A stretch of 62,027 nt of DNA, filler included, from Hausera hauseri (lineage: Eukaryota), in the NCBI GenBank assembly GCA_046269625.1. It is 9 parts of 9 records of this genome, joined end to end, with 100 filler letters (N's around TTAATTAATTAA, not from the genome) between each part and the next. Parts side by side here need not be neighbours in the genome. Positions count along the whole stretch, not along the records: positions 47,542 to 54,814 come from JBJURY010025786.1; positions 54,915 to 62,027 come from JBJURY010037223.1; 7 more parts are not named here. One strand, given 5' to 3'. Made by a program: the position numbers and the translations under genes. The first letter of the stretch is position 1. The number at the start of each line of letters is the position of its first letter. The notes under the pieces are model-generated. The model had not been told where the DNA came from and searched no databases. It saw nothing but the letters and a program-made list of their open reading frames with translations. Shown here piece after piece: positions 49,625 through 59,500 of this stretch.

Positions 49625-52600
49625 TGTGTCCGCGACCGCGGAACCCCATCACCCCCCCCCAAAACCATGTAAAGTTAAAAAGGGAAAGATAAAAACAATC
49701 GCAACAAAGGAACCATGTTTAGTGCCTATTCGGCTTTAGTATCTTTCAGGCGTTGTGTACCATCAAAAAACTTTTCGTTGCTGTAGGTACTAAGCGTCAC
49801 TGCGTGCCTTACTTAATTGATTTGTGCTTCGCTGTTGAGCGACATTTTGTGATAGAAGTTTTGAGATTATCTGGTTCAATGTCCGGTGTTGCTTGTGATG
49901 AAGATGATGAAGGAGGTAACGAGAATAGGTCAAACAAAAAAGGCGACGCAATTGAAGGCAATGAAACAGATGACTATGAAACAATAGATCTAGGTAATGG
50001 AAGTGAAGAATGTCATAGAGATGACGATAGATAGGGAAGCGAGATGGAAGATGACGATGGAATGTGACAAAAATGTGATTGCTGAAACGGCGCAAGGTCA
50101 TGGATAAAGTTTGAGGATGGAATAGAAGGAGTAAGAGTCAAGTTTGAATCAGAGGTAGAATTGGCATCCGGATTGTCATGAATGAAGAAAGCGGGCTTTA
50201 GATTCGAAGTATTAATGTTTTAATGTTTGTCTTGGCGTAAAATGGTAGCTGTGTGAAATGAGAGATTAAGGAATTTGTATGGACCAACATATTGAGGTCT
50301 AAAATGTAAAGGCGATGGATTCTTCAGCTATACAAACTTGGCGGAGTATAAATCCTTCCGAATGTATGATTTGTTCTTGTTATGGAGACGACAGAACGGG
50401 TCTCAGCTGACTGCAACGAAATGAGATTGTGCTGCACGAATGTTTTCGTCTGTGGGATTGTCGTCGAGGTCGGAAAGTTCAAATAAAGCCCATATTGGAC
50501 TGTCATAAATCGCCTAGGCGGGAGCACAACCGGTGGTAGTAGAGAGTGTGTTTCACCACCCTAGTAGAACAAATGTAAGATGGATGTCTAATTACGATGA
50601 TTTTCTGCCAAGATTTTTAAAGAAATTTTTATTTTTCGATGGAACCTTTCAAAAGGGTCATTTGCTTGAGGATGATATAATGTTGTGTGGAAATTGTACA
50701 TCCCCAGGCGTTAAACAAGTGATTTGAAGAGTTTAGATTCAAATTGTGGACCTTGATCCGTCATTATGTAACGCGGGGAACCAAAACGACTGATCCTGAT
50801 TTTTACGAAGGCATCGGCTATTGAATCAATGTTCATTGAACGGAGAGGAACGGCTTTAGGCCAGCGGGAAGCACGATCCATCATAGCAAGGATATGTTGA
50901 TGCCCGTTTTCAGAAGGTAAACGGCCAACGAGATCAAGATGAACTGTAAGAAATCGTGATGTACAGGGGAAATGGTAAAGCGGCGGTTTAAGGCGTTTGT
51001 TGATTTTGTATTTTTGACAGGCTACTCATTCCTTAACCTAGCCCTGTACATCTTTGCACATTGATGGCCAAACTACATTAAGTTAAAGCAGATGAAATGT
51101 TTCTTTCGAACCCGGATGATGGCGTGAATGCGTATGAAGGAAAGCTGGCTTTTGTAAAGGTGGAGTTAGGATGATCTTTTTATTACCGAAATTCGACGTA
51201 TCATATGCAATGCCATCAATGATCTCAAAGAATTTAAAGGAGCTAAGGCAGTTAGTAGATGGTTGATTGGCCTTTAAGACTTCGGATGAGACAATCGGCT
51301 CAACTGTAATGGAACCAACTGAGTTCGACAGAAAATCTGCGACTAAATTGTCTGTACCTGAAATGTCTTCTAAAACAAAACTGAATGTACATAGGTATAG
51401 CATATGTCGTTCTTGCCTCGGTCATGGATGTTTTAACGGTATGATATGCAGGAGAGACTTGTAGTCAGTTTGAATAACGAATGAACGAGAGCGAAGTAGG
51501 TGTTTGAAATGTTTTATTGCCAGAACTATTGCGAGTAACTCGTAGTCAAATGTTGAGTAACGAGCGTTTTCGAGAGTAAAATTCTAATGGTTCGTCGACG
51601 CCGTTAGAAATCTGGTGTAGTACTGCACCGGTTGCTGTGGTAGAGGCATCGGTGGTAAGTATAAGATCAGAAGTGGATTGTACCTAAAAACTCGTCATAT
51701 CCGCTGTAGTCGTTGGTAGCGTTGTTTTTCAATGGTTGTATTCGATCCGGTTGTGCAGAGTGGCTGAGAGGAGTGATTATGGGGCCTAAGAAGGAGCGAA
51801 GGATAATGGAAGAAGGAATAAGCAGCGCCCGAATCGATAAGAAAATCTATGTGTGAGGTATCTGTAAATAACAGTGCAGCTATCAACAGAAAGACTGCAG
51901 AGGCGGTATTAAAACGGCCAGAGGATTGAAAGGTGTTGCTAATGCCAGAAAATTCCGTGTCATCTGGTAGCGTTATTGCTTTTGTGAGTGTTGAGGAGAA
52001 AAAGAAGAAAGGAAGGGAAGAGGAGAGGAAGAGAAAGGAAAGCTGGAGTTGTTCTTATAATGTTTGCACCCCGGTACTCATGACCTATCCTTGTACTGAT
52101 ACTTTGTGTGATGTATAAAAGTAGGGGTGTCTACTGAAAAACGATCGTTATAAAAACGACAGCCCAAAAGACACTTCTTCGCGTCTGTGTGGAACTTTTC
52201 ATGATAGAAACAATTTATTCGTCTGCCCGGCGATTTGTCAGGAAACAAATTCTTAGAAAATGTACGCTCACGCGAGGGGCGGGTCTCACCTCGTCAAGAT
52301 GCAACTAAAGTATTTAGCTACGCTGTAGTGGCCGAAATTGACTGTTGCGGGGTGTCATATTGCTTTTGCATTATTTGTAGTTGCTGTGTGAACATAGTCG
52401 TATCTGTTTGTGATTGCATAAGCGGGGTTGCAGCGGCAACTGGTTGTGAGTTGTTTGATTGTTGGATGTCAAAGCTTTTATCAGCCAGTAAGGCGAGTTT
52501 TTCAAGTGCCTTTGAGTCGTCTACGACAGTGAGCAACGCTCTGATGGAAGTGTGTAAGGAAGAAAGAAAATACCGACGAAGAAGATCGGCGTTGTTTGCC

Positions 52601-52960
52601 GACGTGACGCATAAGGCACTCAGCTGAGAAATTGCGGTTTTAAGAAAATCAGACTGCTTTTGAATTCCAATGGCATGCTCATTAAAGTATTTTTGTATGA
52701 TATTGTCAATTGACGGATCGGTAATATGTAGGACAGATTCATAGAGCATGTCGTATAGAGTCGAAGAAGTTAGTATCTCAGAAAGATTAGTGATTTTTTG
52801 TTTTATTTGTGATGGAAGGAGTAGTAACCAACTGTTAGCGCGCAGAAAAGAGTCGGTGATGTTGTTAGCTTTGAGCCATTGTAAATGAAATTGTACTGCT
52901 AGAATTGGTCTACACAAGGAAGGTGGTGACAGGGCCTTTATGTCGCGAAATGTACGCTGA
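49625..52960 (-). mobile_element. Decayed CsRn1-like Gypsy deletion derivative (gag-PR-[RT deleted]-RH-IN-PPT)
   Basis: gag ORF 52318-53019; FLIDSGA at ~51835; jumps to LTTDASTTATGAVLHQ at ~51650; integrase HLDLVG/TDQGPQF/ERFHR; GPY; G9 PPT at 49652-49660. Confidence 0.88.
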
Positions 52961-53769
52961 CTTAGTTCAAACTGACAAGAAATTGGATGAAGCATTTTAT
53001 TGAAATACAAGAAAACCATTATCTAATATGATGTATACAAAATAAAAAGACGCGTTTATGTTCATAGTCATAACAGGAATCAAATTCTGAAACAAATGAT
53101 TAGTTGGAACTCAGTCTCTTAAATTTCAAGCGCACGTATTAAAAGTCTGTGGTTTAAAATGTGTCCATATTCGACTGTTAACATGACACAGTTGTTCAGT
53201 ATCACACGACTTGATATCTCATATCATATAGAAAATGGCAATTTACCTAGTTGTTAACAATTCAATCTTCATGAAAACACTGCATGAGACTCAGTTAAAA
53301 AATACTGGTACTTGTGATATTGCCGGTGAAATCACTATCATTTTCTTTTATTTTTGTGCGTTGTACAAGTTGACAATATTTTTCAATTCTTTGTTATTTC
53401 AAATTGACTTACTAGCAAAATGACCAGTTTTTTGTTAGTTGTATTCGTGTTACGTCTCGTGTTAAGGAATATAGTTTCATCTTACACACTGGATGGTGTT
53501 AGATTTATATTTTTTAATGTATCCGTTTTCTTTATATATCCGATACGTTTGATGATGGGTAAAGAGCATTTAGTATTTTACAGCTAAAAAGGTATTGAAT
53601 AAATTGATGAGATCGAATGTTCTAGCCTAATGTCAAAATTATCAAAGGATTTATATTTGTGTCAGAAAACTATTTGAACAAAAACATCTTTGGAACACAA
53701 AGAAAAGACATGTAGTATTGTACAGCTTCAATTTATAAAATCAACTGCGACAACTCTCGGTTACAAACA

Positions 53770-54660
53770 CGAGCGCTGATGTTTCCGGTCTCAATAAGTG
53801 ACACTTAATATCAGACTTATTTTCTTGGATTGGATTGAGACATATTTGCTCGTCAAATCCAACAACTACACCTAATTTGGGACAATACATCGGTCTATTC
53901 GAGAAACATGTTTTTCAATGTATGAAACATTTCCTTACGTCGCCCATTGAACTTCAGTCCATAATAATTAAACTTCTCATACAGTTAATATATTTAAGAG
54001 TAAATTATTGTCAGTTGGATTCAGAACAGAAATCACTCTCGGTCCGTTTGAAGGCTTTAACACTTGAAATTCCGCAAACAGTTACACTTCATTAATTTTG
54101 AATATTATCAACTTTTTACTTCTTACGTATGAAAAGGCTGGTAACAATAAAAAAGATCGGCCAAAATGAACTTGTCACAGGTTATTCAGTCCATTATTCA
54201 GAATCTGATGGCCAACGGAGTATCAGTAAAATCAATCGTTATTCTTTGCATCTGGAAAGTTGTGTGACCTTTTTGTTAATAAAACTGCCTGGTTAAATAA
54301 TCCGCTCAGTTCCAATATTACACCCAACACCAACACAATGAAAGAAGTTGAAGCTCAACGTTATTACGTTATAGACATTCTGTTACGAAAATTATTGAAA
54401 TATCCTGAAACGTTTGAGATGATTTCACTAATTGTAGAACAAGCAGCTAGAGAACATGAAATTAAATGGAAAAAATTATCAAACAAAGTTTGGAACCGAC
54501 TGTCATGTATATTGTACGAAGACTGTGTAGAATTTTCAGAATTATCTCATTGATTTGTTTGAACAAATCACCATATTACTTTCTATTAAATCCATTACTC
54601 ACCCAGGTCTTTCAAAGGGAATAGTTGATCTTATTCTAAAATTTGGTCCGCCCATTTCTA
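53770..54660 (+). pseudogene. HTT: Disabled, intronless internal fragment of huntingtin
   Basis: IGLFEKHVFQCMKHF..LQ..IIKLLIQLIYLRVNYCQLDSEQ and KEVEAQRYYVIDILL...EHEIKWKKLSNKV parallel HTT IRLFEPLVIKALKQY..LVQLRVNYCLLDSDQ and KELETQKEVVVSMLL...ENEDKWKRLSRQI. Several frameshifts and stops. Confidence 0.85.
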
Positions 54661-55033
54661 CTCAAGATTCTGTTAGTAATCGTTTTATTTTAAAATGTAA
54701 AGAATAAACTTGTTTTTTTTTATAAATGTTTATAATTTTTTGAATGTAATACATAAGAACAATTTATTAGAATGTTTAAAGTTCAATAAAAGTTCTCATA
54801 CAGCAGTGGCCACTNNNNNNNNNNNNNNNNNNNNNNNNNNNNNNNNNNNNNNNNNNNNTTAATTAATTAANNNNNNNNNNNNNNNNNNNNNNNNNNNNNN
54901 NNNNNNNNNNNNNNATTCTATGAGAGCCATCATACAATCACACGGCTAGGCTAGTGCCTATTTTTGTAGGTAGTGGAACTGCTGAAAAGGGCAGACAAGT
55001 GGCAACTACTGTCACAAGGGATATTAATTTATA

Positions 55034-55053
55034 TGGTGCCTAGACCGAGGATC
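55034..55053 (+). promoter_or_regulatory. Possible primer-binding site (tRNA-His-like, imperfect) after a partial 5' LTR ending TGTCACA at 55016
   Basis: TGGTGCCTAGACCGAGGATC upstream of gag; imperfect match to TGGTGCCGTGACCAGGAT. Confidence 0.35.
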
Positions 55054-55274
55054 TATACTAGAGATCAGGTCATAGTGAGAGAGACACTAACCACTAATAC
55101 TACCGTGTTATTTTAATGACGGTAGCAGAGAAACGGACACCAGTACAAAGGAGCTCAGAGGCAGCAGGTTTATTGTGATAAAATTTCATAAGATTTGTGA
55201 TTAGAAGAAGATTGTAGTCACCTTAGTGACACTGTGACGACATAAAGAGAACGTTGGTACAGCAAAATAATTGA

Positions 55275-56510
55275 GTGCCCAAAATAGATTTCAAGAAATT
55301 TATAACAGATTTGAGGGAAAGTATAGAAGAAAAGATGTCGGAAGGAGATGAACCTTTGGTCACTGTGCCACAACAAAGGCTAGATATGATGGTGGCGGAG
55401 CATAATATAATGAAGGCACGAAACGAAGAACTAACGACCGCCAATGAAGAATTACGTAAACTGGTGGAAAATTTGCAAAATTCAGGCTCGACGTCAGGTG
55501 CGGGAGTCAAACCGCATCCACCGAAACCAATGGCGTGGAAGGGAGATCCAGTTAAGGAAGTAGTGGATAAGATGGGAACTATGATGACAAAAATGGACCT
55601 GAATAGTAAATACCAAAACGTGCGCACTTGTGTTAAGACGTTTGATGGAACGGTGACGAAAGACTTCAAGATCTGGATGTCACAACTCGATAAATACGCA
55701 CATGTGGTGAAGGCAACTGAGGGGGAAAGAAAGGAGTTAGCCTACGCGGCCTCGGATGGGTTTGTGAGTGACTTCATCAAGAGAAGGTTGACGTCACACC
55801 CAAACGAGACATGGGAAGATTTCAAAAAGACGTTAGCCAACAGGTACGCAGAGGTGAGTGATGCACGTTATGCCATGGCTGCGCTGAGGAAAATAAAACA
55901 AGAGAGAGGGGAAAAAGTTCAACTTTACGGAGACAGAATGTTGAATATGATTGAAGAAGCCTATGCAGATCAAGATATAACGACGGAAGGGATTGGAGGG
56001 CTGTTGATTCCAATTTTCACAGATGGCTTAAGAGACAACAGAATCAAAATAGAGTTATTGAAAAAAGATCCGAAGACTATTCAAGCAGCCATACAGACGG
56101 CGGTAGAAGCAGAAAACTTCAGCATGAGAGTGAAGATGAGCTTGAGGGGAGAGAAATATGAGAGTGAGGGTGAAGAGCAAATGGAAGTAGACCAGTATCG
56201 TCATAGGTGGCAACGAAGTTCACGAGAGCATGAACAACATAGAGGCAGCAGAAACGAATGTAGAAAAATAGTCCATGAAGTTGAGAAGAGAAACCGATGT
56301 TATAACTGCGGGAAGATAGGACATATGTCAAGAGAATGTCGAAGCAAACCAGAGAGCAGCAGACAGTGCTTTAAATGTGGCAAGGAAGGGCACTTTGCAA
56401 GGGTGTGCTGGTCAAGTAACATCAGCAAACAAAGAGATACAAGAAATCAGACACAACAGGGAAACGAGTACCCCACTTCAACAAGAGCTTCCGGTGGAGC
56501 GGGGAACTAA
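55275..56510 (+). CDS. gag: Gypsy Gag with two CCHC zinc knuckles (first ATG 55335)
   Basis: Capsid-like FDG..FKIW, IKQERGEKVQLY, FTDGL; PMEVD-like QMEVD; CYNCGKIGHMSREC and CFKCGKEGHFARVC. Confidence 0.93.
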   Translation: MPKIDFKKFITDLRESIEEKMSEGDEPLVTVPQQRLDMMVAEHNIMKARNEELTTANEELRKLVENLQNSGSTSGAGVKPHPPKPMAWKGDPVKEVVDKMGTMMTKMDLNSKYQNVRTCVKTFDGTVTKDFKIWMSQLDKYAHVVKATEGERKELAYAASDGFVSDFIKRRLTSHPNETWEDFKKTLANRYAEVSDARYAMAALRKIKQERGEKVQLYGDRMLNMIEEAYADQDITTEGIGGLLIPIFTDGLRDNRIKIELLKKDPKTIQAAIQTAVEAENFSMRVKMSLRGEKYESEGEEQMEVDQYRHRWQRSSREHEQHRGSRNECRKIVHEVEKRNRCYNCGKIGHMSRECRSKPESSRQCFKCGKEGHFARVCWSSNISKQRDTRNQTQQGNEYPTSTRASGGAGN

Positions 56511-56517
56511 AGGAAGC
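56459..56517 (+). promoter_or_regulatory. -1 ribosomal frameshift signal: G GGA AAC heptamer and H-type pseudoknot
   Basis: Heptamer in gag phase; 5-nt spacer; stem 1 CCCCACTTCA (56471-80) / TGGAGCGGGG (56495-504); stem 2 GCTTCC (56487-92) / GGAAGC (56512-17). The -1 frame is open into pol. Confidence 0.85.
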
Positions 56518-59500
56518 CACAGATGTTAGAGGGCGAAGACAAGGTACAGAGAAGCCTTTGCCGAGCAAGAGAACCGTACAGACCCACTTGAACAGGATGA
56601 AGTATGACAGCGAGGAAGAAGCAAAAGGCACACTTAGAAATCAACGAAGAAACAACCAATATTACAAAAGTAGAGTTTGGGAGCGAGAAAAGCACGAAAA
56701 TTACCATCGTACACGAAGAGAATCGCCGAAGGGAAACGAAAACCAAGCGATGAGATGGTGCAAACCGAGAGTTGTAAATGAAAGAGAAAAAAGTGGAAGC
56801 CAAACAGACCCAAGAAGAAATAGTGAAAACCAGAACACTCGAAACAGCCAAAAGGAAAGGAAAACTCGAGAAAGCAGGCAACAACGTGATAAGTACCACA
56901 ACCAGAGCAACTTGATGCAAGACAAAGAGGAGCGAAGAAGAATCAGAGAGCCAGAATTCACGAGAGAAGAGAGGACAGAAAGACCCAACGAACACGAAAC
57001 GATGGAAGTTGATGAAGCTAAGAAACGAAACCAGGCGAGAAGATCAGAAAGTAAACCCCAACAGCAATTCCCTCCCATTCCCAAACTGAAGGAAGTTAAC
57101 ACCCACACCCCAAATCCCAAACAACGGTCCCGTCCCAGAAGCCAGATAAGAGAGACATCAAGAGAAGATAAACGAAAAGAGATCAAGCGGGGATATGAAA
57201 TCAACTATACCGGAGATCCAAGCTCGTGTATCATATACTTCGGGAAGGTCAGAGTGCGATGCCTAATCGACACGGGAGCCCAAGTAAGCATCCTCAGCGA
57301 AAGAGTGTATAGGCTACTGAAGAGACCAGGCAATTTGGTGCAGCAGGATGTTGATTTGAGGTCCGTATCCGGAAGTACGCTGAAGGTGCTAGGGAGAACC
57401 ACGTTGGAATTTAAGCTGGGAGGCAAAGTAATGAAACACAATTTTTTAGTGGTACGAAACATGTGTAGAAGTGCCATTATAGGACGAGATTTTCTGAATA
57501 AGAACCGGGCCCGCATTTACTTCGATTTGAAGAAATTGAGGATAAACAATGAATACATAGACCTTGAGGACGACATCCATATTGCCTCGATTATAAGGGT
57601 GAAACGCAGGATAACCATGAAGCCGAAGTCGATAAGCATTGTGGTGGCAATGATGAAAAGGAATGAATATTGGCAAGAAGGGGAGGATATAACAATAGCA
57701 GCATTAGAAGAGGGAGACATTGTTGAAGAACCGGGTTTGCAAACAGTGTGTGGCATTGTGAAGTTGAATAGAAGGAGGGAGATGCCAGTAATGGTGATGA
57801 ACCACACTGGAAAGACGATAACCCTACAGAAAGGCTGTATTATCGCAAAAGCTGAGAAGATCAAGGGGGTAGTGTGTGAAATAGACAGTAGCAAGAAGGT
57901 GAAACACCGAGACAATAGAGAGATGCGAAACGGAAGAGAAACAGAAACAGAAGAAAGAAGACAGAGAAGGTTACACAGAGATAGAATACTGAACGAAATA
58001 AGAGAGGGTCTGTGGAGAAAGAAACAGGGCAAGGAAATTGCTGAAGTGAGACAAGATAATGAAAGAACAAAGACGTTATTAGAAACGCTGAAAGTAGATG
58101 CAGTACACAAGGAAAGAATGGAGATGTTTATCAAGAAACATGCAGATGTGTTTGCTCTGTCGGATATGGAACTTGGTAGAACCCAAACCGTTACGATGAA
58201 CATAGACACTGGGGACCACGCTCCCATAAGTTCGAGACCATATAGAACACCTTTGGGGAACAGAGAAATTGTGGAGAAAGCGGTTGATGACATGTTACGA
58301 GCTGGCATAATCGAGAGAACCAGAGGAGAATGGTCTTTTCCTGTCGTAATTGTGACGAAAAAGGACGGAAGCCACAGGTTCTGCGTGGATTACAGGGCCC
58401 TGAATGCCATCACGAAAAACGTAAGTCATCCTATGCCACTCATAGATGACATCTTTGGGCTGCTGAACAACACGACTTACTTCACCACACTAGATGCTAG
58501 ATCCGGGTTCTGGTGCATCCCCATGTCACCAGAGGCGAAAGCAAAAAGTGCATTCTGCACGCACACAGGACTCTATGCGTGGAACGTGATGCCGTTCGGG
58601 TTGAAGGGCTCACCAGCCACATATATGACTCTTATGAATCAAGTCCTGGAAGGCATGCAGAGCTTCGCAGTGGCATACATTGACGATGTCCTCATTTACA
58701 CCAGAGGAGACCTAGAAGACCATCTGGAGCATGTTGAGAAAGTTTTCGAGAGAATGAGGGAACACAAGGTAAAATTGAAGCTCAGCAAGTGCGAATTTCT
58801 GAAGACAGAAACGAAATATCTGGGCTTCGTAATAACAAGAACAGGCATAAAGCCGGATGCCGATAAAGTCAAGGCAATAAGATCGATGGCCGCGCCAAGA
58901 AACACAAAAGAGGTGAGAGGCTTCTTAGGTACCTGCGGGTACTACAGGAGATTCATTAAGGATTTCTCGGTGATGGCAGAACCCTTAGTAGCCCTGACGA
59001 GGAAGTTTGCCCGATTCAAGTGGGACGAGATCTGTCAAAAAGCATTTGACCAACTGAAGGAAAAACTGACTGTGGTGCCCTTGTTAGCGTACCCTGATCC
59101 CGAGAAGAAGTACATACTGTATACGGACGCTTCAGAATATGCGATTGGAGCGGTCCTAATACAAGAAGAAGGAGAAAAGATGGTGAAGGGAAGCAAAGTC
59201 CCGGAGGAAAAGCCGATCTACTTTTTATCGCACCGCCTCACCAAATCGCAACGGAAATGGAGTGTAATCGAGAAAGAGGTGTATGCAATACATTACGCTC
59301 TACAAAAGTTGAACTTTTACCTACATAACAGCAAGTTCATTGTAAGAACCGACCACAAACCACTGAAGGCCCTACTAAAAGCAGATGTACAGAACAAGAG
59401 AATTCAGCCGNNNNNNNNNNNNNNNNNNNNNNNNNNNNNNNNNNNNNNNNNNNNNNNNNNNNNNNNNNNNNNNNNNNNNNNNNNNNNNNNNNNNNNNNNN

